Source of the DNA: Pristiophorus japonicus
Lineage: Eukaryota
Assembly: GCF_044704955.1 (NCBI RefSeq)
Contig: NC_091978.1
Span: 212,598,001 to 212,662,000 of the forward strand
DNA: 64,000 bases
Direction: 5' to 3'
The notes below the pieces were generated by a model that had not been told where the DNA came from, made no database searches, and worked only from the letters and a program-made list of their open reading frames with translations. Position numbers and translations under genes: made by a program. Every line of letters starts with the position of its first letter. The stretch's first letter is position 1. This document shows positions 24,425 to 38,288 of this stretch, piece after piece.

Positions 24425-25185
24425 TGGCCCTGAATCCGGTCGGAGGCTTCTTTCGGATGAATGCCTCCGACCGGAGAATTTTTATGAATTTACCTGGTGG
24501 TCCCGGAGGCCCCTGCGATTGCGGTGGGGAGGCCTTCTCTTCCCGTGCTGCGAAGCGCGCTCCGGTCCTCCAGGTTCGGGCGCAGCGGTGCAGTCATGTG
24601 TGACTGCTCAGCCAATCAGGTACTGTGTTCCACAGCATTCTCATTAATAGCAATAAGAACTCCGTATTTACGAATTCTCATTGCTACTGATGAGAAAAAA
24701 AACACACTAAACACCATAATAAAAAATAAAAAACACAACTCACATAATTAAAATTAATTGAAATTAAATTTAATAAATGTCTTAGAAAAAATAAATTCCG
24801 ATTTTTAAAAAAGTTTTGAAAATTATGGTTTAAAATAAACTTACCGTAGTGGGCAGGGTTTTTAAAAATAAAATGTATTTTTTAAATTTAATTTAATTAT
24901 GTTTTTGTATGTTTTAAAACTCTTACGCCTGTAAAAGTAGGCTATGTGCCTGCTTTTATCAGGCGCAAGCGTTTTCAGGACATTTGCTGGGCAAGCTATG
25001 GACGAATATCGCAATCTTGCCCATGCAAATGTCCTGGCCGCCGAGATGCGGAGGATCTGTCAAGCTGGAGCTTGACAGATCAGAAAGACCGGTTTTCATT
25101 GTGCGCTGAAAACCAGCTTTTGTGATGCCTCCCCGGGTTCGTATACGCTCCGTATAGACCCAGGGAGGCTGGCATTTCCAGGCCA
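24425..25185. mobile_element. Harbinger-type MITE
   Basis: Ends TGGCCCTGAA ... TTCCAGGCCA. GC-rich termini around an AT-rich core. Confidence 0.6.
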
Positions 25186-25269
25186 TTAGTTTACATTCTA
25201 AAAATATGTTGAGTTACTTGATCTCAGCTTGGGCAATACTGGAAACATTATAAATATAAATAGTCCAGC

Positions 25270-28000
25270 ACGGAACATCCAAGGGTATTCAACATTCAGG
25301 AAGGATAGAATAAAGGGAAAAGGAGATGGGGTAGCATTGCTGGTTAAAGAGGAGATTAATGCAATAGTTAGGAAGGACATTAGCTTGGATGATGTGGAAT
25401 CGGTATGGGTAGAGCTGCAGAACACCAAAGGGCAAAATACGTTAGTGGGAGTTGTGTACAGACCTCCAAACAGTAGTAGTGATGTTGGGGAGGGCATCAA
25501 ACAGGAAATTAGGGGTGCATGCAATAAAGGTGCAGCAGTTAACATGGGTGACTTTAATATGCACATAGATTGGGCTAACCAAACTGGAAGCAATACGGTG
25601 GAGGAGGATTTCCTGGAGTGCATAAGGGATGGTTTTCTAGACGAATTTTGTCGAGGAACCAACTAGGGGGGAGGCCATCTCAGACTGGGTGTTGTGTAAT
25701 GAGAGAGGATTAATTAGCAATCTCGTTGTGCGAGGCCCCTTGGGGAAGAGTGACCATAATATGGTGGAATTCTACATTGGATGGAGAATGAAAGAGTTAA
25801 TTCAGAGACCATGGTCCAGAACTGAAAGAAGGGTAACTTTGAAGGTATGAGGCGTGAATTGGCTAGGATAGATTGGCGAATGATACTTAAGGGGTTGACA
25901 GTGGATGGGCAATAGCAGACATTTAGAGACCGCATGGATGAACTACAACAATTGTACATCCCTGTCTGGTGTAAAAATAAAAAAGGGAAGGTGGCTCAAC
26001 CATGGCTATCAAGGGACATCAGGGATAGTATTAAAGCCAAGGAAGTGGCATACAAATTGGCCAGAAATAGCAGCGAACTCAGGGACTGGGAGAAATTTAG
26101 AAATCAGCAGAGGAGGACAAAGGGTTTGATTAGGGCAGGGAAAATAGAGTACGAGAGGAAGCTTGCAGGGAACATTAAAACGGACTGCAAAAGCTTCTAT
26201 AGATATGTAAAGAGAAAAAGGTTAGTAAAGACAAATTTAGGTCCCCTGCAGTCAGAATCAGGGGAAGTCATAACGGGGAACAAAGAAATGGCAAACCAAT
26301 TGAACAAGTACTTTAGTTCGGTATTCACTAAGGAGGACACAAGGGAAATCCTTATTGGTCGGGAAATTGTGTTTGTGTTGGGGAAACTGATGGGATTGAA
26401 GGCCGATAAATCCCCAGGGCCTGATGGTCTGCATCCCAGACTACTTAAAGAGGTGGCCTTGGAAATAGCGGATGCATTGACAGTCATTTTCCAACATTCC
26501 ATAGACTCTGGATCAGTTCCTATGGAGTGGAGGGTAGCCAAAGTAACCCCACTTTTTAAAAAAAGAGGGAGAGAGAAAACAGGGAATTATAGACCGGTCA
26601 GCCTGACATTGGTAGTGGGTAAAATGATGGAATCAATTATTAAGGATGTCATAGCAGCGCATTTGGAAAGAGGTGACATGATAGGTCCAAGTCAGCATGG
26701 ATTTTTGTGAAAGGGAAATCATGCTTGACAAATCTTCTGGAATTTTTTGAGGATGTTTCCAGTAGAGTGGACAAGGGAGAACCAGTTGATGTGGTGTATT
26801 TAGACTTTCAGAAGGCTTTCGACAAGGTCCCACACAAGAGATTAATGTGCAACGTTAAAGCACATGGGATTGGGAGTAGTGTGCTGACGTGGATTGAGAA
26901 CTGGTTGGCAGACAGGAAGCAAAGAGTAGGAGTAAATGGGTACTTTTCAGAATGGCAGGCAGTAACTAGTGGGGTTCCGCAAGGTTCTGTGCTGGGGCCC
27001 CAGCTGTTTACATTGTACATTAATGATTTAGACGAGGGGATTAAATGTAGTATCTCCAAATTTGCGGATGACACTAAGTTGGGTGGCAGTGTGAGCTGCG
27101 AGGAGGATGCTATGAGGCTGCAGAGTGACTTGGATAGGTTAGGTGAGTGGTCAAATGCATGGCAGATGAAGTATAATGTGGATAAATGTGAGGTTATCCA
27201 CTTTGGTGGTAAAAACAGAGATACAGACTATTATCTGAATGGTGACAGATTAGGAAAAGGGGAGGTGCAACGAGACCTGGGTGTCATGGTACATCAGTCA
27301 TTGAAGGTTGGCATGCAGGTACAGCAGGCGGTTAAGAAAGCAAATGGCATGTTGGTCTTCATAGCGAGGGGATTTGAGTATAGGGGCAGGGAGGTCTTAC
27401 TACAGTTGTACAGGACCTTGGTGAGGCCACACCTGGAGTATTGTGTACAGTTTTGGCCTCCCAACTTGAGGAAGATCATTCTTGCTATTGAGGGAGTGCA
27501 GCGAAGGTTCACCAGACTGATTCCCGGGATGGCGGGACCGACATCTCAAGAAAGACTGGATCAACTGGGCTTGTATTCACTGGAGTTCAGAAGAATGAGA
27601 GGGGATCTCATAGAAACGTTTCAAATTCTGACGGGTTTAGACCGGTTAGATGCAGGAAGAATGTTCCCAATGTTAGGGAAGTCCAGAACCAGGGATCACA
27701 GTCTAAGGATAAGGGGTAAGCCATTTAGGACCGAGGTGAGGAGAAACTTCTTCACCCAGAGAGTGGTGAACCTGTGGAAATCTTTACCACAGAAAGTTGT
27801 TGAGGCCAATTCATTAAATATATTCAAAAAGGAGTTAGATGTAGTCCTTACTACTAGGGGGATCAAGGGGTATGGCGAGAAAGCAGGAATGGGGTACTGA
27901 AGTTGCATGTTCAACCATGAACTCATTGAATGGCGGTGCAGGCTCGAAGGGCCGAATGACCTACTCCTGCACCTATTTTCTATGTTTCTATGTTTCTATG
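25270..28000 (+). mobile_element. Young 5'-truncated CR1 LINE, ORF2 nearly intact (endonuclease + RT)
   Basis: ORFs 25229-25666, 25934-26710 and 26707-27900 (397 aa, FADD RT core). (TTTCTATG)3 tail ending at 28000. Confidence 0.95.
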
Positions 28001-29066
28001 AAAGCAATTTGTGCAAATTAGAATAAAAATCGTATCGGGATCCTAATGACATCATTAGACCCCAACATTTTATTATTGATGAGGTACCTGCCTACCTACA
28101 GTGGGCAACATCCCTGCGATGTAAAACAATGGGGTTAAAAGGCGGAGGGAGCAAATGTGTTTGGAATGCAGGGGGAAATGTTCAACTGCCATTTTAGCCA
28201 CCTGCCCATCCCGTTCCTGTCGGGTGGACAGGGTTAACATCGGGCCACATATATACGTATTCACCACCAAGCATTATCAAGAGTGGGAATCCTGGCTAAT
28301 ACACCCCTAGCCTAGAGTCACTGACGTCAGTTGTGTTCCCAATGCTGGTGAAGTACCTGATGGCATCCAACTCCTGTGTGCTATACCTCACCTTTAGCCA
28401 CCTCCAACAAAAGAGAACAAGATAATAATTGGGAGGCATAGAATAAATAAGCGATTAAAAAGGATTTCAACCCAGTCCTCTGGAAAGTGCCTCCAGGGGA
28501 ATTTCCAAACATAGCTGAATGCCAAGTTAACACCATTTAAAGTCTTAAGTGCTTAACCAAGTCTATCAGAACTGAATGCATGCTCAATTATTTAAGTTGC
28601 TCAAAAGTAAAACACCTGATATGGTACAAAGTGAGTCCACGCTAATGAAACAACCACAAGCAAATGGGATTGAAGAAAGAAAAGGTCAAAGATAATCACA
28701 AATAATTAGTGGATTACGCATCAAAGACAATTGGCGGTACAAAATTGTGAGACTCACCTCAGAATTACTGGGACTGTAATGATTTGCACAGATGCAAGCT
28801 GTAATTTCTAAAGGTCTCAAGCCACGGGGTTGTTAGTTGTATACAAATAAATATGCAGAGAGTTGATCACATCAAATTTGTCTTGGTGCCAAAGCAACTG
28901 AATGACAATGTGTCGAAACTTGCATACAACAAAGTTAGACTTTATTAAATACAAGTTACATAAGCTAGCTTTCAGATATAGCTCCTATGTCTCCCACAAA
29001 TGAATATGCCACCATTTAAAAAATACCCTCCACTGCAGGCAAATACTCATAGAAGAAAATCCTTAC

Positions 29067-29165
29067 CCTGGATTGACAGTAAATGGTAGTAAATGGGATA
29101 TGTACAGCACCCAACCAGTGTCGCTCTCTACGAGTGTGAACTCCATTTCCTCTTTCTCTATCATC
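29067..29165 (-). CDS. CC2D2A: CC2D2A coding exon, 99 nt, phase 0-0 (follows a 95-bp intron)
   Basis: tttag|GAT...AGG|gtaag. Translates [33 protein letters not shown]. Confidence 0.95.
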
Positions 29166-29260
29166 CTAAAAATGCATAATTATTTTTCAAAAATGTTATA
29201 TATTTATTTTAGTAATTGGGCTGATTTTGCTCAATAATAAATTTTTTTTTTAAGCTTTAC

Positions 29261-29357
29261 CTCTAGAACATCATAAACAACTTCATCGAAGACATTGATG
29301 AATACCTCATCCATAACAGACTGCAGGCTCGCTGTGCTGTAATCACCATTTGGTGCT
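29261..29357 (-). CDS. CC2D2A: CC2D2A coding exon, 97 nt, phase 2-0
   Basis: ttcag|AGC...GAG|gtaaa. Translates [32 protein letters not shown]. Confidence 0.95.
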
Positions 29358-30565
29358 CTGAAATCAAAATTAAATAAACCAGACACTCACTATTACAGCG
29401 CTTTCACTCGTATCACAACTCTGCAATTATTACTATTTAATGGCATCTCCTTAAGAAGCTGCAAAAATTTCCAACGTAGAGTGCTTTGAATCATAGAATC
29501 AGAATCATAAGCACAGAAGGCCATTCTGCCCATTGTATTTGTGTCAACTCTTTGAAAGAGCTAACCAATTAGTCCCATGCTCTTTCCCCATAGCCCTGCA
29601 AATCTTTCCTTTTTAACTACTGATCCACTGAATCAGGAACACACTTCTTAGTTAACTTACGAAGAAAGGCTTTCAGAGAAAGCTAAAATGATTCATATGG
29701 GATACAATAAACATAGCTATGACAATGGTGAAAATAAAATCATATCTAACAGCAATATAATATTCACTTGATGATCTGCTTAACCTGACATTGTTCACAG
29801 GTTCCAAAGTGGAAAAAGCAGCCATGTAATAAACACTCTTACCACACAAATAACAAATGGTGTAATGTATTGTTACACACTCATCATTGTTCACACTTGT
29901 GAAATAGCTCCTGCAATGCATTATCACACTGTTAATTTTTTTAACAGGATAAAAGATTGGCAAAGCATAAAAGAATAAAATTAAAGTTAAAAATGTAAAA
30001 AAAAATGAAATATAGAGATGGCAGGGTGTGCAAAATTAGTGTTTAACTTTTCTTTAAGTTTTAGATAAAATTGTTAGTGTGTTCTGTAGTATAGGGTTAA
30101 TGCGATAGTAATTCCTGATGTTTGAGTAATTTTATGACTAATATTAACTATTATTTCGAGCATTGCAGTGCTTGAGCTGAAAATAAACAAAACCAGTAGA
30201 GACAGGGAGTCAAGATGTACCTTGCACCTATTAGCAGTCCAAAGTTTAAACTATATACTATGTACAGAACTAAACACAATCTTATTAAAGAAAAAAAGGT
30301 GTAAGTTTCAGCTTGGTTCAGTTGGTAACACTCTCACCTCTGAATTAAGAGATTGCAAGTTTGCGACTCACACCACAGCACTTTGGGCATCCAGGCAGAC
30401 ACAAGAGAGTTGTACTAATGAAGGTGCTGTGTTGTTAATGGTGCAGTCCTTCAGATGAGATATTAAAGTGATCCCTGCCTGGGCATTAAAAGTATTCTGG
30501 AAGGATGAGATCAAATGGACCAAAGGACCTTCTTTTTCCAAATGAATCCAGTTTAAAAAAATTAC

Positions 30566-30675
30566 CTGAACGGAAGTTCCAGTTCTTCATTCCAGTTAGG
30601 GTTCGGACCATCTGCAGCAACAGTTTGTCGGACTGTACGTTGAAATGAAACCTCCACAAATGGATGCACTGAGAC
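30566..30675 (-). CDS. CC2D2A: CC2D2A coding exon, 110 nt, phase 0-2 (C2 domain)
   Basis: aaaag|GTC...CAG|gtaat. Translates [36 protein letters not shown](R). Confidence 0.94.
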
Positions 30676-30944
30676 CTTTTGAGAAAAAAATCCAAAATGT
30701 TAGACTGCTTATCCTTTGTATGATCTTCAATTTCTATATATAACTCATCTTTCACGTACGCATGAGCAACCACCACCCAAAATAGGGGAAACCAGAGGAC
30801 AGTGTCACTTCAAAGATATTTCAACTTTGCACTAACCAGGTGCATTAAATCACCTCATCCAGAATGTACAACACAGCTCTTTAACACAAGTGGCAGCAGA
30901 GACCAAATTGATCTGATGTCAAATACACACTTAAAAAAAATGGT

Positions 30945-31335
30945 AACAACTTGTATTTATATAGCGCCTTTAATGTAGTAAAACAACCCAAGGTGCTTCA
31001 CAGGAGCAAAGGCAAACAAAATTTGACACCAAGCCGCATAAGCAGATATTAGGACAGACTTGGTCAAAGAGGTAGCTTTTAAGGAATGTCTTAAAGGAGG
31101 AAAGAGAGGTAGAGAGAGGCGAAGAGGTTTAAAGAGGGAATTTCCGAGCTTCGGGCCTAGGCAGCTGAAAGCACGGCCGCCAATGGTGGAGTGATTAAAA
31201 TTGGAGATGCGCAAGAGACCAGTGTTGGAGGAGCACAGATATCCTGGAGGGTTGTAGGGCTGGAAGGAGCAAGGCCACAGAGGGATTTGAAAACAAGGAT
31301 GGGAATTTAAAATTGAGGCTCCAATTGGGTCCAAT
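30945..31335 (-). mobile_element. L2-related 3' end fragment
   Basis: Tail caacttgtatttatatagcgcc. Minus-strand frame reads TIGGRAFSCLGPKLGNSL. Confidence 0.7.
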
Positions 31336-31749
31336 AAATGGGTCAGATCAGAGACAGAAAATGGGGAAGGGTAGAGGTTACCATATGGTTTCCTAAGGGC
31401 CCAAAGCAGCTCACAGGCTGTTTTGAAGTCGAGGGTTTTACTGTTTCCATAGGAGCCGCTCCAGAGCAGGTAGAGATGCTACCTATTGGTGGTGATGTCA
31501 TTAGAACAATCTAGCAATGTGGGAGACCAGACTTGAGGGTATTCATGCCAATTAAAAAAATTGATAGTTTTACCAAGATGTCAAACATAATTCTGAATAT
31601 ATTGTTTTACCTCATCGAAGGTGGCATATTACAAACAAAAAAAACTCCGTCTAAACCTCCTCTCCCTTCAAGTCCCAGAGTTCTACTGCAACAGTAGAGG
31701 TTTTTTTTAAAAACTTGTTCTCAAAGTGGACGAGACTTGCAAGGCCACA

Positions 31750-32310
31750 TGTATTGCCTGCAGTTATCAGAGCAGTTGTCAATGCGGCTGAACACTGTGG
31801 AATTGTCAGTAAATAGTTCCACTCTTGCCTTTATGGCACAGGGAAAGTCATCGATGAAGCAGCTACAGATGTTTGGGTCGATGATTATTCCCTAAGGAAC
31901 TTCTGCAGTAATATCCTGGGGCTTCGATGATTGGTCTCCAGACACCACAACCATCTTCGTTTCTGTCAGATAAGATTCCAGTCACTGGAGAATTTTGGCT
32001 TCGACTTCCATTAACCTCAGATTTGCTAGAGCTCCTTGATGCCATTCTCAATTGCATGTTGCCTTTATGTTGAGTGCAGCTACTTTCACCTACCCTCTGG
32101 CATTCAGCTCTTGCATCCAATTCTGGAGTATAGCTATGATGAGGTTTGGAGCAGAGTGTCTCTGGCGCAATCCATAGTAAGCATTGGTTAGTCGGTGTCA
32201 ATTGATGGCCTTTACTGGTGGTTGTGAGGCAGCTGATGGAGTAGTCATTGGCCTGGTTAGATTTATCCAGCTTTTTGTGGATAGGATAGGCCTGGGAAAT
32301 CTTCCACATT
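31750..32310 (-). mobile_element. Degenerate CR1-clade RT fragment (different family)
   Basis: Minus strand MWKISQAYPIHKKLDKSNQANDYSISCL and a degenerate VPQG..FSCFINDLP-like block. Confidence 0.6.
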
Positions 32311-33525
32311 GTTCATCTCTGCCTTTCCCTCAGCCCATCTGCTGCTGAACCCTCATCCATGCTTTTCTTACCTCCAGATTCCACTATTCCGATGCCCTCC
32401 TGGCTGGTCTCTCATCTTCCACCCTCCGTAAACGTCAGCTCATCCAAAGTTCTGCTGCCCATATCGTGACTCACACCAAGTCCCTTTCACCCATCACCCC
32501 TGTTGTTGCTGACCTACATTGATTTCCAGTCCAACAACACCTCAAATTTAAAATTTTCATGCTTGTGTTCAAATCTCTTCATGGCCTCACCCTTCCTTGT
32601 AATCTCCTCTAGCCTTACAGCCCTCAAAAAACTTTGCATTCCTCCAATTCTGGGCTCATATGCATCCCCGATTTCCTTCAGCCCTCCATTGGTAGCCATG
32701 CATTCAGCTGTCTAAGCTCCAAGCTCTGGAATTCCCTCCCTAAACTTCTCTGCCTCCCTCTCCTCATTTAAGTTGCCCCTTAAAACCTACGGGGGCAAAA
32801 TTGGGGCGGTAACTTTCCGGTGCTGGGACTACTTGCGCCCGGCCTGGAAGTTAACCCCCACGTGGAATTGGGCCGTATGCCCCTAAAAGGAAAGCGGAGC
32901 ACTGTCTCCGGCATCCGCTTCCTTTGAGGGGCGCTCCCGGGGCTGCGTCCAGGCCAGAGCTATGCACATGCTCCGCGAAGCGCTGACGCACTACAACGCC
33001 CCATCCCTTCCATTAAAGGGGAGGGCCGCTGCGCAATCTGCATGCCCCTTTAGTGGCCGCCACTGGGCCACCAGGAACATGTTCGACCGGGCTAGCAGCC
33101 CGGCACCCAAAACGGAGTTGACATCCGCCCGTGCCAGCCTCGCGGGACAATTTCCCCCGTGGGGCGGAAAGGGGATGGCATGGGGTGATGAGGGGTCAGT
33201 GTGCATGGTGATGATGTAATTGCTGGTTGCGTGCTGGCGCGGGGCGCTCACTACGAGGCAAAGCACTGTTGAGACAGCACCCCCAAACTTCCGGGGGTGG
33301 TAGCACCACCTACCCTGGGCGAAAACACCATTGTGCCCTGTTAGCGCTACTCCCCGGAGGCACTAACGGGGCTATAAAAAGGGTCAATTCCGGCCCCCCC
33401 AAGTCTTCGACCAAGCTTTTGGTCATCTATCCGAATATCTCATATGGCTCGGTATCAAATTTTCTCGGATAATCCACCTATGAAGCGCCTTAGTACATTT
33501 TACTACGTATCAATGCAAGTTGTTG
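32311..33525 (+). mobile_element. L2 3' fragment interrupted by a GC-rich Harbinger-type MITE (32791-33399)
   Basis: L2 C-terminal motifs (HPC..SRFHYSDALL, LQLIQSSAA, ITPVLLTYI). MITE ends GGGGGCAAAATTG ... CAATTCCGGCCCCC. Confidence 0.7.
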
Positions 33526-33796
33526 CTTGGTCATCCACCACCCATTCTCAACTGGAGGTGGTAGGGCTACAGTGCTTTGCTCTGATTGTGGGACCACTTC
33601 GCTCTGCTTTTGGTATTTAGTATGTAGCTACACACGTGGTGGTAAGTTCTTTCTTCACGTCCCTCATTCATTCCATGTACCTGATTTATTTCATGTCTCC
33701 CCGCGCCTCTGTTACAAACATAAAGATTTCTGAAATCTTCAGTCCCTCTTCACACATCCATTCCATATTCCTTTGCATTTGCTGATTGTTTCATAC

Positions 33797-33902
33797 CTGG
33801 TTAGTAAACCACTCGTGGCTTTGAGTAGGGCTCTGAGGTACCTGTGAGGTTGAAAATGTTTCATCAACGGATCTAGCTGATCTGGAAGTTAGTGGCGGTT
33901 TG
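33797..33902 (-). CDS. CC2D2A: CC2D2A coding exon, 106 nt, phase 2-0
   Basis: ctctag|CAA...CAG|gtatg. Translates (S)KPPLTSRSARSVDETFSTSQVPQSPTQSHEWFTNQ; length and phase bridge the flanking exons. Confidence 0.87.
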
Positions 33903-34307
33903 CTAGAGAAAAAGAAACAAAAACAATACAAAAATGTATTTATTAATTTCTTTTAAATAGATCTGACAAAAGATTTAGAGTCTGTGTTACAAAGAATAAC
34001 CCATGTCAAAGTCAAATTGATTAAATGGTAAGTAAACTTTACATCATGAAAAACTTTATAACGAAGAATAAAACAGCAGGATATTATTAATTTCAATGCA
34101 AAAAAAAGTACTTCAACTATTTTGCTGGTTACAGTAATTATATTTAAAGATCAAATTTGCTGCGATTCATTTCACTGAAGTTTTTATTGGGCAATTAAAT
34201 TATTATTTGATCTCACCAATGGTAATTTGCAGAGAAGAACTTGCAAAACAAAATCTAAATTCTCGTAGACATAGAGACGATCTCTCAATGATCTTGGTAT
34301 CTCCTAC

Positions 34308-34475
34308 CTTCCTATGGATTTGCGTATAGGTATATCATAGGCTCGGATAATGTTGACCAAAATGTTAATGTCCCCATCAGAAAGATTCTGGGCACTGACT
34401 TTTTTTCTTTCTTTTCTTCGTGGTCTAAGTGGCCTCCTTGGTTCAGTCAGTTTGAACAGGCTGACGCCTAACACA
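34308..34475 (-). CDS. CC2D2A: CC2D2A coding exon, 168 nt, phase 2-2 (start of C2 domain)
   Basis: aatag|TGT...AAG|gtagg. Translates [55 protein letters not shown], a highly characteristic CC2D2A segment. Confidence 0.95.
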
Positions 34476-34636
34476 CTATTGGGCAGAAAACATTTAACTA
34501 TATTTAAAACACGTTCTCTCTTTCTCACCCCCTTTTAAAAATTCTGAATAGATTTAACTTTGCAAAGTATTAGAGTCATAGAAATTTACGCCAAAGAAGG
34601 AAGCCATCATGTCTGTGCCGGCTGAAAAAGAGCTAT

Positions 34637-37012
34637 CCATAGAAATATAGAAAATAGGTGCAGGATTAGGCCATTCGGCCCTTCGATCCCGCACCACCAT
34701 TCAATAAGATCATGGCTGATCATTCACCTCAGTATCCCTTTCCTGCTTTCTTTCCATACCCTTTGATCCCTTTAGCTGTCAGGGCCATATCTGTGGAATT
34801 CTCTGCCCAAGGAAGCAGTTGAGGCTAGCTCACTGAATGTATTCAAATCACAGATAGATAGATTTTTAACCAATAAGGGAATTAAGGGTTACAGGGAGTG
34901 GGCGGGTAAGTGGAGCTGAGTCCACGGCCAGATCAGCCATGATCTTGTTGAATGCCGGAGCAGGCTCGAGGGGCTAGATGGCCTACTCCTGTTCCTAATT
35001 CTTATTTTCTTATGTTCTTGAATATATCTAACGAACTGGCATCAACAACTCTCTGTGGTAGAGAATTCCACAGGTTAACAACTCTCTGAGTGAAGAAGTT
35101 TCTCCTCATCTCAGTCCTAAATGGCTTACCCCTTATCCTTAGACTGTGACCCCTGGTTCTGGACTTCCCCAACATCGGGAACATTATTCCTGCATCTAAC
35201 CTGTACAGTCCCGTCAGAATTTTATGTTTCTATGAGATCCCCTCTCATTCTTCTAAACTCCAGTGAATACAGGCCCAGTCGATCCAGTCTCTCCTCATAT
35301 GTCAGCCCCGCCATCCCGGGAATCAGTCTGGTGAACCTTTGCTGCACTCCCTCAATAGCAAGAACATCCTTCCTCAGATTAGGAGACAAAAACTGAACAC
35401 AATATTCCAGGTGAGGCCTCACCAAGGCCCTGTACAACTGCAGTAAGACCTCCCTGCTCCTATACTCAAATCCTCTAGCTATGAAGGCCAACATGCCATT
35501 TGCCTTCTTCACCGCCTGCTGTACCTGCATGCCAACTTTCAATGACTGATGTACCATGACACCCAGGTCTCGTTGCACCTCTCCTTTCCTAATCTGCCGG
35601 CATTCAGATAATATTCTGCCTTCATGTTTTTGCCACCAAAGTGGATAACCTCACATTTATTCACATTATACTGCATCTGCCATGCATTTGCCCACTCACT
35701 TAACCTGTCCAAGTCACCTTGCAGTCTCTTAGCATCCTCCTCACAGCTCACAACGCCACCCAGCTTAGTGTCATCTGCAAACTTGGAGATATTCCTTGAT
35801 ACTCAATTCCTTTGTCTAAATCATTGATGTATATTGTAAATAGCTGGAGTCCCAGTACTGAGCCCTGCGGCACTCCACCAGTCACTGCCTACCATTCTGA
35901 GAAGGACCCATTTATCCCTACTCTCTGCTTCCTGTCTGCCAACCAGTTCTCTATCCACGTCAATATATTACCCCCCAATACCATGTGCTTTAATTTTGCA
36001 CATTAATCTCTTGTGTGGGGCCTTGTCAAAAGCCTTTTGAATGTCCAAATAACCACATTCACTGGTTCTCCCTTGTCCACTCTACTAGTTACATCTTCAA
36101 AATATTCTAGAAGATTTGTCAAGCATGATTTCCCTTTCATAAATCCATGCTGACTTGGACCGATCCTGTCACTGCTTTCCAAATGCGCTGCTATTTCATC
36201 TTTAATAATTGATTCCAACATTTTCCTCACTACTGATGTCAGGCTAACCAGTCTATAATTACCCGTTTTCTCTCTCCCTACTTTTTAAAAAAGTGGTGTT
36301 ACATTAGCTACCCTCCAATCCATAGGAACTGATCCAGAGTCGATAGACTGTTGGAAAATGATCACCAATGCATCCACTATTTCTAGGGCCATTTCCTCAA
36401 GTACTCTGGGATGCAGACTATCAGACCCTGGGATTTATCGGCCTTCAATCCCATCAATTTCCCTAACACAATTTCCTGACTAATAAGGATTTCCTTCAGT
36501 TCCTCCTTCTTGCTAGACCCTCGGTCCCCTAGTATTTCCGGAAGGTTATATGTGTCTTCCTTCATGAAGACAAAACCAAAGTATTTGTTCAATTGGTCTG
36601 CCAGTTCTTTGTTCCCCATTATAAATTTACCTGATTCTGACTGGAAGGGACATACGTTTGTCTTCACTAATCTTTTTCTCTTCACATATCTATAGAAGCT
36701 TTTGCAGTCAGTTTTTATGTTCCCAGCAAGTTTCCTCTCATACTCTATTTTCCCCCTCCTAATTAAACCTTAGTCCTCCTCTGCTGAATTCTAAATTTCT
36801 CCCAGTCCTCAGGTTTGCTGCTTTTTCTGGCCAATTTATATGCCTATTCCTTGGATTTAACACTTTGCTTATTTTCCCTTGTTAGCCACGGTTGAGCTAC
36901 CTTCCCCGTTTTGTTTTTATTCCAGATAGGGATGTACAATTGTTGAAGTTCATCCATGCGATCTTTAAATGTTTGCCATTGCCTATCCACCGTCAACCCT
37001 TTAAGTATCATC
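34637..37012 (-). mobile_element. 5'-truncated CR1 LINE, itself interrupted by a plus-strand CR1 3' fragment (~34791-35015)
   Basis: Minus-strand RT ORF pieces at 35222-36685; tail at ~34640. Confidence 0.9.
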
Positions 37013-37124
37013 GAGCCTAATCCCACATTTCAGCTCTCGATCGGTAGCCTTGTAGGTTACGGCACTTCAAGTGCACATCCAGGTATTTTTTAACTGCTAT
37101 GGGGGGTTCTGCCTCTACCATCCT

Positions 37125-38288
37125 TATCAATGGATCCATTACAGACCCAATCCATGTCGGACTGGGGTCAAACAGGGCTGCGTGATCGCCCCAACCCTTT
37201 TCTCAATCTTCTGCTGCTCCACCTCACAGTCAACAAGCTCTCTGCTGGAGTGGAACTAAACCACAGAACCAGTGGGAACCTGTTCAACCTTCGCCGTCTC
37301 CAGACCAGGTCCAAGACCACATACAGAGGCTAAACTCCAGGACAAAGTCGACGTATTTACTAAGGCATACGAAAGCATGGGCTTTACGCTAAACATCCGT
37401 AAGACAAAGGTCCTCCACCAGCCTGTCCTCGCCGCACAGCACTGCCCCCCAGTCATCAAGATCCATGGCGCGGCCCTGGTCAAAGTGGACCATTTCACAT
37501 ACCTCGGGAGCCTCTTATCAACAAGAGCAGACATTGACGACGAGATTCGAAACCGCCTCCAGTGCGTCAGTGCAGCCTTCAGCCATCTGTTAAAAGAGTG
37601 TTCAAAGACCAGGTCCTCAAATCTGCCACCAAGCTCATGGTCTACAGGGCTGTAATAATACCCACGCTCCTGTACGGCTCAGAGACATGGACCATGTACA
37701 GTAGACACCTCAAGTAGCTGGAGAAATATCACCAATGATGTCTCCGCAAGATCCTACAAATCCTCTGGGAGGACAGACGCACCAACATCAGCATCCTCGA
37801 CCAGGCCAAAATCCCCAGAATTGCAGCACTGACCACACTTGATCAGCTCCGCTGGGCAGGCCACATAGTTCGCATGCCAGACAAGAGACGCCCAAAGCAA
37901 GCGCTCTACTCGGGACTTCTTCACAGCAAACGAGTCAAAAGTCGGCAGAGGAAACGTTACAAGGACACCCTCAAAGCCTCCCTGATAAAGTGCAACATCC
38001 CCACTTGACACCTGGGAGTCCCTGGCCAAAGACTGCCCTAAATGGGGAAGTGCATCCGGGAGGGCGCTGAGCACCTCAAGTCTCATCGTCGAGAGCATGC
38101 AGAAATCAAGTGTATGAAGCGGAAAGAGCGTGCAGCAAACCTGTCTCACCCTCCCTTACCCTCAACGATTATCTGTCCCACCTGTGACAGGGACTGTGGT
38201 TCTTGTATTGGACTGTTCAGCCACCTAAGGACTCATTTTAAGAATGGAAGCAAGTCTTCCTCAATTCCGAGAGACTGCCTATGACAAT
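37125..38288 (+). mobile_element. 5'-truncated RTE LINE (RT C-terminal half + 3' end)
   Basis: GVKQGCVIAPTLFSIF, FTKAYESMGFTLNIRKTKVLHQP, FTYLGS, and a C-terminal CPTC..C..H zinc finger. Confidence 0.88.

Noticed and set aside
26707-27900. 397-aa reverse transcriptase ORF as a functional or domesticated gene
   Set aside because: It is part of a 5'-truncated CR1 with upstream frameshifts and stops, and near-identical to neighbouring copies.
28758-28798. Strong minus-strand donor (GAG|gtgagt) suggesting an extra exon
   Set aside because: The available acceptors give 10, 16 or 41 nt, none frame-preserving, and the flanking exons already join in frame.
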